The notes under the pieces were generated by a model, which did no database searches, had not been told where the DNA came from, and was given only the letters and a program-made list of their open reading frames with translations. 64,000 bases of DNA from Myxococcota bacterium (GTDB taxonomy: Bacteria; Myxococcota_A; UBA9160; SZUA-336). How positions within the stretch are numbered: the stretch's first letter is position 1; every line of letters begins with the position of its first letter. Of the stretch, positions 1-10,952 are shown in pieces. Position numbers and translations under genes: made by a program. The DNA lies in contig CBDFGR010000003.1 in assembly GCA_965247115.1 (NCBI GenBank), positions 416,001-480,000 on the forward strand, in the 5' to 3' direction.

Positions 1-1936
1 CATCGACACGCGCGACCCGATCGCCGCTCTGGACTTCTTCCGCCAGGGGAAAGGCACGAGGCTCGCGGGAGCGGCGGCGGAGCCGGATATCGTGGGCCCA
101 CCAAATACCGAGCCGCTGGCCGCACCACTCCAGGCCACGGTCACCGAGATCCTCGTGACAGAAGGCGGCGCGGTGCGGGAGGGCCAGCAGCTTTTCGTGA
201 TGAGCGCGCTGAAGATGGAGCATGTGGTCAAGGCGTACGTCGGGGGCATCGTGCGTCAGCTGACCGTGACCGTCGGCGACACCGTCTACGAGGGCCATCC
301 GCTCGCCTTCATCGAGCCGATGGACGTGGGCGAGGCCGTTCGTGAGGCGGCCCGGGAGATCGATCTGGACCGGATCCCCCCTACCGTGCAGGCTCTCTTC
401 GACAGGCGCCAGTTCATCCTGGATGAGAACCGTCCCGACGCCGTGGAGCGCCGCCACAGCAAGGGCCGGCGCACCGTTCGCGAGAACATCGCCCAGCTGA
501 TCGACCCCGGCACCTGGGTCGAGTACGGCCCGCTGGCGACCGCCGGCCAGCGGCGCCGACGCCCGCTGGAGGAGTTGATGCGAAAGACCCCGGCCGATGG
601 CCTGGTCGCGGGCATCGGATCGGTCAACGGCGATCTCTTCGATGAGCAGCGAGCCCGGACCATGTTCATCTCCTACGACGACACCGTCCTTGCGGGGACG
701 CAGGGCATGCGCGGCCACCACAAAACGGATCGCATGATGGAGCTGGCCGACGAGCTGGCGCTGCCGCTCATCTTCCATGCCGAGGGCGCAGGGGGGCGTT
801 CCGGGGAGACGGACTACGGCGAAGGCCACGGATTCGGGGGGGACGTGCGCACGTTCGAGAAGATGGCCCAGCTGAGCGGCACCGTGCCGATGATCGGCGT
901 CACGGCCGGCTGGTGCTACGCGGGCAACGCGGCCATCTTGGGCGTCACCGACATCATCATCGCGACGGAGGATGCCCTCATCGCGATGGGTGGGCCCGCG
1001 ACGATCGAGGGCGGCGGCATGGGGGCCTTCCTGCCCGAGGAGGTGGGGCCCATGTCCGATCTCGCCCCGGCCGGCACGGTCGACATCGTCGTCAAGGACC
1101 AGGACGAAGCGATCGAGACCGCGAAGAAATGCCTCTCCTACTTCCAGGGCTCGATCGACGAATGGGAGTGCGCCGACCAGCGACGGCTGCGCCACGTCAT
1201 GCCCGAGAACCGCCTGCGCAGCTTCGATGTGCGCGAAGTGATCGAGCTGATCGCGGACACGGATTCCGTCCTGGAGCTGCGTCCGGAGTTCGGCATCGGG
1301 ATGGTCACCGCATTCGTTCGCATCGAAGGCCATCCATTTGGCCTGACCGCCAACAACAACGCCCACATCGGTGGCGCGATCGACAGCCCGGGGTCCGACA
1401 AGGTCGCCCGCTTCTGGCAGCTCTGCGATAGCTGGAACATCCCCATCATCACGCTCGTAGATACACCGGGCATGATGATCGGGCCGGAGGTGGAGAAGAC
1501 GGGACTGGTGCGCCACTGCAGCCGGCTGTTCGTCACCGGCGCGAACCTGGAGACCCCGCGTTTCAGCGTGATCTTGCGCAAGGGCTATGCGCTGGGGTCC
1601 CTGGCAATGCTGACCGGGAGCGCGCGGGCTCCGATCTTCACGGTCGCCTGGCCCACCAGTGAGCACGGCGGCATGAACCTGGAATCCGGCGTGCAGCTCG
1701 GGGCTCGGGACGCCCTGGCAGCGATCGAAGACGTGGAGGAACGCGCGGCGGAGTACGAACGGCTCGTGGCGAACGCCTATATCCGCGGCGGCGCCCTCAA
1801 CGTCGCCTCGACGTTTGAGATCGACGATGTGATCGACCCGGCGGACACCCGACGCCTGATCGCGAACGCGCTGAAATCGGTGCCAAACCCAGAGCCGCTC
1901 CGGCGTGGACGTCGACCGTTCGTGGACACCTGGTAA
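1..1936 (+). CDS. Acyl-CoA carboxylase fusion protein (biotinyl domain + carboxyltransferase), 5'-partial
   Basis: Frame is open from position 2. Biotinyl-domain motif MSALKMEH is followed by two carboxyltransferase subdomains (LAGTQG, GAGGR, GWCYAGNA, VDTPGMMIG, LRKGYALG, IDDVIDPADTR). Confidence 0.85.
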   Translation, partial: IDTRDPIAALDFFRQGKGTRLAGAAAEPDIVGPPNTEPLAAPLQATVTEILVTEGGAVREGQQLFVMSALKMEHVVKAYVGGIVRQLTVTVGDTVYEGHPLAFIEPMDVGEAVREAAREIDLDRIPPTVQALFDRRQFILDENRPDAVERRHSKGRRTVRENIAQLIDPGTWVEYGPLATAGQRRRRPLEELMRKTPADGLVAGIGSVNGDLFDEQRARTMFISYDDTVLAGTQGMRGHHKTDRMMELADELALPLIFHAEGAGGRSGETDYGEGHGFGGDVRTFEKMAQLSGTVPMIGVTAGWCYAGNAAILGVTDIIIATEDALIAMGGPATIEGGGMGAFLPEEVGPMSDLAPAGTVDIVVKDQDEAIETAKKCLSYFQGSIDEWECADQRRLRHVMPENRLRSFDVREVIELIADTDSVLELRPEFGIGMVTAFVRIEGHPFGLTANNNAHIGGAIDSPGSDKVARFWQLCDSWNIPIITLVDTPGMMIGPEVEKTGLVRHCSRLFVTGANLETPRFSVILRKGYALGSLAMLTGSARAPIFTVAWPTSEHGGMNLESGVQLGARDALAAIEDVEERAAEYERLVANAYIRGGALNVASTFEIDDVIDPADTRRLIANALKSVPNPEPLRRGRRPFVDTW

Positions 1937-2766
1937 TGGTCGAAAGGCAAAACGCTCGCGAGCGCTTCACCGAGCTGGCAACCGGAGACGATCGCGAGCT
2001 TGATCTGGGGGAGGCCGCGCTCCAGATCGCGCGCGAGGCGCGCCCGGAGCTGGATGTGGACGCGTGCCTGGCCACCTTGAGCTCGCTTGCCGTTGGCGCG
2101 CGCGAGTTCGTGGGTGACGCGGAGGGACGTGAGGCCGTCGTGCGCCTGAACGAATACCTGTTTGAGCACGAGCACTTCGCGGGCAATCGCAGCGACTACT
2201 ACGACGTGAGGAACAGCTTTCTGGACCAGGTACTCGAGCGGCGCCGCGGCATCCCGATCACGCTCGCCGTGGTGTATCTGGAAGTGGCGCGGCGCATCGG
2301 TCTGGACCTGCGCGGCGTGAACTTCCCCGGTCACTTTCTGCTGCGCACCGCGGGCGAGCCGCCCGTGCTGATCGACCCGTTCCGTGGCAGCATCCTCACG
2401 CGCGAGGACTGCGAGCGGCTACTGCAGCAAGCGCAGGGCGAGGCAGCACAGCTCGTCCCCGAGTACTTCGAGCCGGCCACACCCCGCCAGATCATGGCGC
2501 GCATGCTCTCCAACCTGAAGCAGATCTACGTGCAGCAGAAAGAGCTCGAGGACGCCCTCGCCTGCTGCGACCGCATCCTCCTGCTCATGCCCAACGCTCC
2601 TCTCGAGCTCCGAGACCGGGGCCTGATCTACGCGCAGCTCGAGTGCTTTGGCCCAGCGGTTGCCGACCTCGAGCGCTTCGTCGACCTGGCCGAAGACCGA
2701 CGCCTGACCGCACCCACGCTCAAGATCCTCGAGGCGCTGCGCGAGAGGGCCCAGCAGATTCACTGA
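1936..2766 (+). CDS. SirB1/YchA-like protein (transglutaminase-like core + TPR)
   Basis: Motifs YYDVRNSFLDQVLERRRGIPITL, GVNFPGHFL, IDPF and C-terminal ELRDRGLIY TPR. Start overlaps the upstream TAA. Confidence 0.85.
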   Translation: MVERQNARERFTELATGDDRELDLGEAALQIAREARPELDVDACLATLSSLAVGAREFVGDAEGREAVVRLNEYLFEHEHFAGNRSDYYDVRNSFLDQVLERRRGIPITLAVVYLEVARRIGLDLRGVNFPGHFLLRTAGEPPVLIDPFRGSILTREDCERLLQQAQGEAAQLVPEYFEPATPRQIMARMLSNLKQIYVQQKELEDALACCDRILLLMPNAPLELRDRGLIYAQLECFGPAVADLERFVDLAEDRRLTAPTLKILEALRERAQQIH

Positions 2767-2815
2767 TGTCGCAGCGCTTGCGGCGAGGCGGAACGGATCG
2801 CGCGCCCATCCGGCG

Positions 2816-3226
2816 CTATGAGGGCGGGTCGAGTCGGATCGGAACGGACCTGGAGTGATCCGCAAACAGGCCATCCAGCGTCTCGGATGCGCCGTACTTC
2901 TCGGCCATCTTCGCGTTGACCCGCGCGAGGGCCTCGGAGGTCTCCACCGGGACGGCGCGGTAGGAGCGGCGCTCTCCGGCGCGCTCGAGCTCGATGTCCG
3001 GGCTGCCGCGCAGGCGAGCCAGCCACCCGCTCGTCGGGCTGCCCGAGCGCAGCCACAGGCTCCCAGCGGCCTCGATCACCCAGAGCGCGGTCTCGTGCTC
3101 CTCCCCATCTGCACCCTGGGTCACGAGGACGACGACCTCGTCCGACGGCGAGGCAGCGACCGACCAGAGGTACACGGCCAACAGGACCGCGAGCAGGGCT
3201 CCAACGCCGATTCCGAACGCGCGCAT
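2816..3226 (-). CDS. Split-barrel deazaflavin/nitroreductase-like protein (DUF385/DUF2255-like) with N-terminal TM helix
   Basis: ETALWVIE...WLARLRGSPDIEL...MAEKYG pattern. GGAGG RBS before the ATG at 3226. Confidence 0.55.
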   Translation of the reverse strand: MRAFGIGVGALLAVLLAVYLWSVAASPSDEVVVLVTQGADGEEHETALWVIEAAGSLWLRSGSPTSGWLARLRGSPDIELERAGERRSYRAVPVETSEALARVNAKMAEKYGASETLDGLFADHSRSVPIRLDPPS

Positions 3227-3345
3227 GGTCCTCCCACTCCTCCGCCCAGGGTATAGCCTGAGGAAGGAGAAGTCCGGAGGCAGCCCAATCGAGACGGGGC
3301 GCATGGAGTCGTCCGCTGCGGTACGATCATCTCGGGAGGTTCTTA

Positions 3346-4260
3346 ATGCCCGAAGAAGTCCAGGGACAGGCCAGGGAGCAGCGGCGCAGGTTCACCGACG
3401 CGAGCGTGCCAGACAGGATCGAGGAGCTCTACCAGCCCGTCCGGGAGCTCGGGCTCGAGTCGTACGTCGCGGACCTCGACAACTACGGCTACGTGGTGAT
3501 TCCCCCGGAGAAAGTGGCGCCTCCCGAGTTCGTCGACAGGATGCGCGAGGTTGTGCTGCGCGTGATCGGGGAGCGGACCGGCGTCAGTCACCGGATCGAC
3601 GAGAACGGGAATCCCGGCAAGTACAAGGGGCAGCCCCAGCTGCCGAGTCAGTTTCTCCTGTACTACCTGCTGTTCGCGGACCCGATCTTCGAGGAGTGGC
3701 TCGAGAACTCGACGCTGCGGGCGCTCGTCGACTGGGTGATGAAAGGTCAGGCTCAGCTCTCCAGCCTGACCTCCTTCGTCAAGTGGAAGGGAGACGGCTA
3801 CGGCCCCACACTGGGGCTGCACAGCGACTCGCCGGCCTCGCCGGAGGGCATCCTCCCGGCGACCCACGATGCGGTATGCAACGGGACCATCGTCCTGACC
3901 GAGTACACGCTGAATGACGGTGCGATTGCCATCGTGCCCGGCAGCCACCGGCTCTGCCGACAGCCGAGGCCGGGGGATGGCGTGAAGTGGGCGGTGCCCG
4001 TGGAGGCAGCCGTCGGCTCGCTGATCTTCTGGCACGGCAACACCTGGCACGGCGCCTTTCCGAAGAAGACCGACGGGCTGCGGCTCAACGTGACGAGCTA
4101 CATCTGCAACCGGTCGCTGAAGACGCAGGAGAGCTACCAGCGCAGCGTTCCGCCCGAAGTACTGAAGCGCCATGACCAGAAGTTCGCGCAGCTGCTCGGA
4201 GCGGACGACCCGTACGGCTGGGACGAGAAGGGCCCGGAGTTCTGGCACAAATCACTGTAG
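3346..4260 (+). CDS. Phytanoyl-CoA dioxygenase (PhyH) family 2OG-Fe(II) oxygenase
   Basis: HxD (LHSDS), NDGAIAIVPGSH, GNTWHGA...R motifs. GGAGG RBS. Confidence 0.85.
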   Translation: MPEEVQGQAREQRRRFTDASVPDRIEELYQPVRELGLESYVADLDNYGYVVIPPEKVAPPEFVDRMREVVLRVIGERTGVSHRIDENGNPGKYKGQPQLPSQFLLYYLLFADPIFEEWLENSTLRALVDWVMKGQAQLSSLTSFVKWKGDGYGPTLGLHSDSPASPEGILPATHDAVCNGTIVLTEYTLNDGAIAIVPGSHRLCRQPRPGDGVKWAVPVEAAVGSLIFWHGNTWHGAFPKKTDGLRLNVTSYICNRSLKTQESYQRSVPPEVLKRHDQKFAQLLGADDPYGWDEKGPEFWHKSL

Positions 4261-4293
4261 CTGGGTGAAGCCGTGGGGCATGCCCTCCCCTTG

Positions 4294-5367
4294 ATGGATC
4301 TTCCGGTGGCCTCGCCGCTAAAACCCATGCTGGCCAGGCGGGTCGCTACCCTGCCCGATGGGGACCGCTGGATCTTCGAACCAAAGTGGGACGGGTTCCG
4401 GAGCCTGGTGTTCCGCGACGGCGAGACGCTCCTGATCCAGAGCCGCGACCAGAAGTCGCTGAACCGCTACTTCCCTGAGCTGCTCGAGCCCCTGGCGGAG
4501 CAGCTGCCGGAGCGCTGTGCGCTCGACGGGGAGCTCGTGATTGCAGGCGACGGCGCGCTGGACTTCGAGGCGCTTCTCCTGCGCATCCACCCAGCCGCTT
4601 CGCGCGTCGCCCTGCTGGCGGAGCAGACTCCCGCGTCGTTCATCGCCTGGGACCTTCTCTGCCTGGGCAACGAGGACCTGAGCCAGACCGCGTTCGAGAA
4701 GCGTCGGGAGCTCCTGGAGGAAGTCCTGGCGGCGGCCCGGCCACCAATCCACCTGACGCCGATCACGCGGGACCGCGACCTGGCCCAGGACTGGTTCGAT
4801 CGCTTCGAGGGCGCCGGGCTCGACGGTGTGATGGCGAAGCCGGCAGACGGCGTGTACGCGCCAGGTAAGCGCACCATGTTCAAGGTGAAGCACCAGCGCA
4901 CAGCGGATTGCGTGGTGGCCAGTTTTCGCTGGCACAAGAACGGCGCGAGGAGCTTGGTCGGCTCGCTGCTGCTCGGGCTGTACGACGACGAGGGACGGCT
5001 TCACCACGTGGGCGTCGCCGCGAGCTTCACGACCGCACGCCGCAAGGAGCTGGTGGAAGAGCTCGCACCGCTGCGAGAGCGAGCAGAAGAGGGACACCCC
5101 TGGCACGACTGGATCAGTGCGACCGAGCACCATCAACGAGTGCCCGGCGGGACCAGCCGCTGGAACCGAGGCAAGGACTTGAGCTGGATGCCCCTTCGCG
5201 CGGAGCGAGTCGTCGAGGTCTCCTACGACCACATGCAGGGGACGCGCTTCCGTCACACCGCCCACTTCGTGCGCTGGCGACTCGACAGGTCAGCGGACGA
5301 CTGCGGCTACGACCAGCTCGACGTGACCGCGCCCTTCGAGCTGCAGCGGATCTTCGCGGCGGAGTAG
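4294..5367 (+). CDS. ligC: ATP-dependent DNA ligase, LigC type
   Basis: PMLA, adenylation motif EPKWDGFR, LDGELV, GLDGVMAK, KVKH, and C-terminal RFRHTAHFVRWR..CGYDQL. An alternative GTG start exists at 4273. Confidence 0.9.
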   Translation: MDLPVASPLKPMLARRVATLPDGDRWIFEPKWDGFRSLVFRDGETLLIQSRDQKSLNRYFPELLEPLAEQLPERCALDGELVIAGDGALDFEALLLRIHPAASRVALLAEQTPASFIAWDLLCLGNEDLSQTAFEKRRELLEEVLAAARPPIHLTPITRDRDLAQDWFDRFEGAGLDGVMAKPADGVYAPGKRTMFKVKHQRTADCVVASFRWHKNGARSLVGSLLLGLYDDEGRLHHVGVAASFTTARRKELVEELAPLRERAEEGHPWHDWISATEHHQRVPGGTSRWNRGKDLSWMPLRAERVVEVSYDHMQGTRFRHTAHFVRWRLDRSADDCGYDQLDVTAPFELQRIFAAE

Positions 5368-5370
5368 CGC

Positions 5371-6684
5371 CTAGTCCGTCTCGGTGTCCTCGGGCTCGGA
5401 GGCACGACGCCGCTTCCACTCGCTGCTCGGATCGTAATCCGGGTCCGGTGTTGCTTCCTTCGGGTGCATGTCTTCTGGGACATGGCGCAGGTTGAGCCGC
5501 ACGCGCGTCCAGACGCTCGAGCGGCCACGCATGGCGTCTACGAGCTCGTCTTCCGGCTTCAGGTGGGCGGCGGCCTCGGGATGGCGCTGCTTCCAGCGTT
5601 CGAGTCCATCCAGGGCGTCCTGTTTCTGCTTGGCCTTGGCAACGGTAACGAGCGGCATCTTCGAAACGCGCTTTCCCCCGCTCTTGCGTCGGGACGGTTG
5701 CACGCGCGCCGGCTCCCCGCGCTGCTTGCGGTAGTGCGGCGGCCACGGGGCATCGCCCTGCCCTTCTACCTCGTGACGCCCGGACAGCTCGAGGAGTGCG
5801 TCGAGCGAGCCCACGTCGTCGTCGATGCCGTTGCCCACGTCGCCGAGCTCCGCGAAGCGAGCAGGCATGGTCGCGAGCGTGAAGTCGTTCAGCTCGCAGT
5901 CGGGCAGCTCGTCCCAGGTCACTGGCGCAGAGACGCAGGCCTTCGCGTTAGGGCGCACGGAGTAAGCAGAGGCCACCGTGCGGTCCTTGGCGTTCTGATT
6001 GTAGTCGAGGAACACACCAATGCGTTTCTCCTTCCACCACTTGCTTGTCGCGATGGTCGGGGCGCGCCGCTCGACCTCGCGCGCCAGGGCCAGCGCGGCA
6101 CGCCGCACCTGATCGAAGCTCCAGCGGCGCTCGATGCGCACGTTCACGTGGATGCCCCGCGAGCCCGACGTCTTGGGCCAGCCCACGAGTCCCTGCGAGC
6201 CGAGCACCTCGCGAACCTCGAGCGCCACGCGACGAACGGCGTCCCACTCGACTCCCGGTCCCGGGTCGAGATCCACGCGCAGCTCGTCGGGGTGGTCGAG
6301 GTCGTCGGCCCGAACCGCGTGTACGTTCAGATCGATGTTGCCAAGGTTGGTCATCCACACGAGCTGGGCCAGGTCAGTCACCACGAGCTCGGAGGCCGTG
6401 CGACCCGAGGGAAAGCGCAGCTCCACGGTGTGTACCCAGTCGGGGTGCTTCTTCGGTGCGCGCTTCTGAAAGAAGCCCTCGCCCTCGATCCCGTTGACGT
6501 AGCGCTTGAGCACGATGGGGCGATTGTGGATGCCGCGCAGCGCCCCCTCGCCCACAGCCACGTAGTAGCGCACCAGATCCAGCTTGGTGATGCCAGCTGC
6601 CGGAAAGTAGACCTTGTCGGGATTCGAGACCCTGACCTCGCGACCGCCGACATCGATCAGCTCTTCGGAGGCTTTCGCGGCCAT
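5371..6684 (-). CDS. Stand-alone LigD-polymerase-like primase-polymerase (Prim-PolC type) with C-terminal extension
   Basis: [54 protein letters not shown] motifs of the AEP LigD-Pol family. Confidence 0.9.
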   Translation of the reverse strand: MAAKASEELIDVGGREVRVSNPDKVYFPAAGITKLDLVRYYVAVGEGALRGIHNRPIVLKRYVNGIEGEGFFQKRAPKKHPDWVHTVELRFPSGRTASELVVTDLAQLVWMTNLGNIDLNVHAVRADDLDHPDELRVDLDPGPGVEWDAVRRVALEVREVLGSQGLVGWPKTSGSRGIHVNVRIERRWSFDQVRRAALALAREVERRAPTIATSKWWKEKRIGVFLDYNQNAKDRTVASAYSVRPNAKACVSAPVTWDELPDCELNDFTLATMPARFAELGDVGNGIDDDVGSLDALLELSGRHEVEGQGDAPWPPHYRKQRGEPARVQPSRRKSGGKRVSKMPLVTVAKAKQKQDALDGLERWKQRHPEAAAHLKPEDELVDAMRGRSSVWTRVRLNLRHVPEDMHPKEATPDPDYDPSSEWKRRRASEPEDTETD

Positions 6685-6708
6685 GCCGTCGACTATAAAC
6701 TCTTTGCC
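6685..6708. promoter_or_regulatory. Overlapping divergent -10 hexamers (bidirectional leaderless promoter)
   Basis: + strand TAAACT (6696-6701) lies 7 nt before ATG 6709. - strand TATAGT (6697-6692) lies 7 nt before ATG 6684. No SD on either side. Confidence 0.6.
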
Positions 6709-8454
6709 ATGTCGAACCGAGCGGACGAGCTCTACTCCCTGCTGGGCGAGCTGGTGCAGCTGACCGTTCTCGACGACGGCGACCCGCAGTCATTCCGTGC
6801 GCGGGCGTACGAGAACGCCATCATGGAGCTGCGCTCCGCCCCCGGCGACGTTGCGTCCATGCGCGAGTCGCAGCTCCTCAAGATCGACGGGATCGGCAAG
6901 GCCACCGCAAAGAAGATCCGCGAGTTCTTCGACACGGGCCGGATCTCCAAGCTGGAGCAGCTGCGCGAGAAGTACCCGCAAGAGTTCCAGCGTCTCGCCA
7001 AGATCCCGGGCCTGGGGCCCAAGACGTTGATCCGGCTGCGCGAGGAGCTCGGGGTCGAGAGCGTGGAGGACCTGCAGGAGGCGATCAAAGCGCAGGAGCT
7101 ACGCGCCCTGAAGGGGCTCGGGGCAAAGGCGGAGAAGAACATCGCCCGCGCCATCGAGCGGCTCGGACTCTCGGGTAAGGACCGGCGCACTCCCATCGCC
7201 GAGGTACTGCCGGTAGCGCAGCGCCTGGTCGCCGAGCTCGAGGAGCTGCCAGAGGTCGAGCGAGCCCAGTACTGCGGCAGCCTGCGCCGCCTGCTGCCGA
7301 CCATCGGTGACGTCGACATCCTGGTGATCGCCAGCGAAGCCCGCCCGATCATGGAGCACTTCGCCTCTCTATCCATGGTGCGAGACGTTCCGCACCGGGG
7401 CGACACGAAGTCCTCCATCGTCACGGATCGCGGCCTACAGGTGGACCTGCGGATCGTGGAGCCAGATCAGTTCGGCTCCGCCGCGCTCTACTTCACCGGC
7501 TCCAAGGCGCACAACATCAAGCTGCGTCAGCTCGCCATCAAGAAGGGCTGGACGCTCAACGAGTACGGGCTGCTCGACACCGAGACAGGGGCTGTGATCG
7601 CGTCGCGGAGCGAGGAGGAGATCTACAAGGCGCTGGGCCTGGAGCCGATTCCACCACCCATGCGCGAGGACACCGGCGAGATCGAAGCCAGCGCCGCAGG
7701 AGAGCTACCCCGAGCCGTTGCCGAGGAGAACCTGCGCGGGGACCTGCACGTCCATACCGATCTCTCCGGGGACGGGCGGAGCTCGCTCGAGGACGTGCTG
7801 AAGCAGACCTCGGCACGGGGGTACCGGTACCTGGCGATCACGGATCACGGCGAGGACCTGGCGATCAACGGCGTGAGCCGCGAGCTCCTCCTCGCGCAAC
7901 GCGAGCGGCTGACTCGCCTGCAAGCGAGCTACCCACGCATGCGCTTGCTCCACGGCGTGGAGCTGAACATCGGGGCCGAGGGCGGGCTCGACTACGACGC
8001 CGACTTCCGTCGCGGCTTCGACTGGTGCGTCGCCGCGGTCCACTCGCACTTCGAGCTCGAGCAGGACGCGCAGACCCGACGCATCATCACCGCCATGCAC
8101 GACCCCGCGGTGAACGTGATCGGGCACCTGAGCGGACGCATGATCGGCAGGCGGCCAGGGATCGAGCTCGACGTGGATGCGGTGCTGCGGGCTGCAGCGG
8201 CCACGGGAACGGCCATCGAGATCAACAGCGCTCTGCCGCGCCTTGACGCGGCCTGGGAGGTGCTGCGCAAAGCACGGGAGCTCGGGGTCACCTTCGTGGT
8301 CAGCACCGACGCCCACCACATCAACGACCTGAACCGCACGCAATGGGGTGCGCTGCAGGCGCAGCGCGGCTGGGTGGAGCCCGAGTCCATCGCCAACACG
8401 TGGCCGCCCGAACGCTTCCTGGCCTGGGCCGCGAAGTCGCGCGCCTCCTCGTAG
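6709..8454 (+). CDS. polX: DNA polymerase X / PHP-domain 3'-5' exonuclease
   Basis: FRARAY, HhH motifs ([16 protein letters not shown]), GSLRR..GDVDIL catalytic Dx[14 protein letters not shown], and PHP motifs DLHVHT, ITDH, HSHF, STDAH. Confidence 0.92.
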   Translation: MSNRADELYSLLGELVQLTVLDDGDPQSFRARAYENAIMELRSAPGDVASMRESQLLKIDGIGKATAKKIREFFDTGRISKLEQLREKYPQEFQRLAKIPGLGPKTLIRLREELGVESVEDLQEAIKAQELRALKGLGAKAEKNIARAIERLGLSGKDRRTPIAEVLPVAQRLVAELEELPEVERAQYCGSLRRLLPTIGDVDILVIASEARPIMEHFASLSMVRDVPHRGDTKSSIVTDRGLQVDLRIVEPDQFGSAALYFTGSKAHNIKLRQLAIKKGWTLNEYGLLDTETGAVIASRSEEEIYKALGLEPIPPPMREDTGEIEASAAGELPRAVAEENLRGDLHVHTDLSGDGRSSLEDVLKQTSARGYRYLAITDHGEDLAINGVSRELLLAQRERLTRLQASYPRMRLLHGVELNIGAEGGLDYDADFRRGFDWCVAAVHSHFELEQDAQTRRIITAMHDPAVNVIGHLSGRMIGRRPGIELDVDAVLRAAAATGTAIEINSALPRLDAAWEVLRKARELGVTFVVSTDAHHINDLNRTQWGALQAQRGWVEPESIANTWPPERFLAWAAKSRASS

Positions 8455-8460
8455 GGCGCT

Positions 8461-10896
8461 CTACTCCAGGGCGCCGCTTGTGGCGAGGTCGGAGATCTCG
8501 GTATCGGTGAGGCCGAGGATCTCGCTCAGGATTTCCTGGTTGTGCTGGCCGATCGTGGGTCCCGGGCCTCTGTAGTGGGCCGGTGTCTCCGAGAGGCGCA
8601 CGCGCGAGGCTTCGACCGGGACGGAGCCCAGCAGCGGGTGGTCGAGCCACACGAAGTGCTCGAGCGCGCGGAGCTGCGGGTCCTCGAAGTAATCGGCGTC
8701 CGTGCTCACCCGGTGCACCGGCACGGACACCGCCTGGAGCGCGGCCTCGAGGTCCGCCACCTCCAGATCGCGGGTCCAGGTCGCGATGGCCAGATCGAGC
8801 TCCGCGCGGTGCCGGAGGCGAGCATCGGGCGTGGCGAAGCGCGCGTCGCTCTCCCAGTCTCGGGCCGCCAGCTTGCAGAGCTCCGCCCAGTCCTCTGGCT
8901 GCGGGGCGGCGAGCGCCACCCAGCGGTCCTCGCCTCGCACGGGGTACACGCCCGACGGGGCGTAGCTCCGGTGGGCGTTGCCCTCTGCTCGAGGCACGCG
9001 CCCGTTCACCTGGTAGTCCAGCATGGCCGAGCCGATCATCTGGATCGACGCTTCTATCTGCGAGCAGTCGACGCGCTGGCCCTCGCCCGTACGCCGCCTG
9101 TGCTCCAGCGCGGCGAGAATCGCGCAGGTCGCGAAGCGCGGCGAGACGTAATCTGTGTACGCGCCGAATGGGGCGCAGGGAGCACGGTCCGCCCAGCCCG
9201 TGAGATGGCCGAACCCCGCGAGTGCCGCGCCCATCGTGCCGTAGCCCGCCAGCATGGCGTCGGGCCCGGTCTGCCCGTGGAGACAGCTGGAGACCATGAT
9301 CAGCTCGGGCTTCACGCGGCGCAGGTGGTCGTAGTCGAGCTGCCAGGCCTTCATGGCCTTTGGCGTGAAATTCTCGACGACCACGTCTGACCACTCGACG
9401 AGCCGCAGCGCCAGCTCGCGGGCCGCAGGCACGGAGAGATCGAGCCCGAGCTTGCCCACGTTGAGATTCGCGTAGCCGGCCGAACCCTCGATGTCGGGAA
9501 CACGGTCCTTGTATGGCCCACCGGTACGCAGCGCGTCGAGCTTCTTGCCCGTCTCCACGCGAATGACCGTGGCGCCGTAGTCGGCGAGCATCTTCGTGAT
9601 CGCCGGTCCTGCGTATACCCAGGTGAAGTCGAGGACGCGCAGACCGGCGAGAGGAAGCCTGCGCTCGTCGCTACCTGCGGTCTGTGGAGGGGACAGAGGG
9701 GGGCGCTCCTCCTCGAGGACCTCCTGCTGGTGCTCGCCGAGCAAGGGTGGACGCCTGCGCATCTGGAGCGGAGTCCTGCTGAGCTTGACGCTCGGACCGG
9801 GGTAGTCGACCGTGACTCCGAGGTCCTCGTGTCGGATCGGCACCCAGAACTCGCGCTCGCGGAGCTGCTTGGACTGCAGCAGGTCTGCCGCGTCCGAGAG
9901 CGGCACGATCAGGACACGCCGCTCGAAGGCGGCACGATAGAGCTCGGCCTTGGTATGCGCGCGGGTAAAGCCCTCGATCAGCCCGGCACAGCGTTCGAGC
10001 TCCGACAACGGCTCTGCTCCACTGACGATCGCGGCGCCGAAACCCACCCAGTCCTTGTCGCGAGTCGCCTCGTCGGCGAAGCCCTCCTCGCACATCCACT
10101 GGAACATCCTGGCCGTGAACGGGCCCAACGCCGGGCCGAACAGGAACGTGAAGTTCACGTAGCCGTCCTTGCACGGGTACACCAGGCGAATGCGGATCGG
10201 CCCGGCGCGGACGCCGCCGCCAAGACGCTGGATCTGCTGGTCGCCCCAGCCATGTGCGAGCACGCTGGACTGGGTCGTCATCATCATCGACGTTTGAGCC
10301 GAGACGCTCGCGTGCTGGCCACGGCCGCTGTTCCAGCGCTCCGCTAGCGCGAGCACTGCGGCCACCGCCGCATCCGCTCCTGCGTTCAGGAAGGCCTGCG
10401 GTACGGAGCAGGTGAGCGGCGGGCGATCCTCGTCTCCCGTCTGGATCATCACGCCGGACGCGGCGGTGAGCGTGAGGTCGGTCGCGGCCCAGTGAGCCCT
10501 GGGACCCGACTCGCCAAAGGGCGTGATGGAGACGACGCTCAGGCGCGGATTGAGTTCCGACAGCACCCGGTAGCCGAGCCGCCGCTCGTCGAGCCAGCCC
10601 GGTGGCATCGACTCGAGGACGAGGTCCGCACTGGTGGCGAGGCGCCGGAAGGATTCGCGCCCCCTGCTCTGCTCGAGGTCCAGGCTGATGGAGCGCTTGT
10701 TGCGGTGGAGCGCCCAGAAGCCGACGCTCGCGTTCGGATCCGGCCGGTCCTTGAAGAAGGGGCCCTCGTGACGCTCCGGTACCCCTCCCGGAGGCTCGAT
10801 CAGGATCACGTCGGCCCCGAGGTCAGCGAGCGTCTAGCCGGCAAGCGAGGCCCCGCCGCTGGTCAGGTCGAGGACGCGGTAGGAAGAGAGCGGCAT
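8461..10896 (-). pseudogene. Tandem-domain CaiB/BaiF class III CoA-transferase with in-frame TAG at codon 21
   Basis: Reads MPLSSYRVLDLTSGGASLAG*TLADLGADVILIEPP then about 790 uninterrupted codons with two CaiB domains (HRNKRSISLDL; LAGLRVLDFTWVYAGP; GAYTDY). Confidence 0.75.
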
Positions 10897-10952
10897 GACG
10901 TTCCCTAGACTACGGGGCGAGGCTCTTCCTTGCCCTGCGCCGGCGCACCGCT

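Noticed and set aside
5464..6708. Apparent 415-aa N-terminal extension of PolX (996-aa ORF)
   Set aside because: It is the stop-free antisense frame of the Prim-Pol gene; PolX homology begins at ATG 6709.
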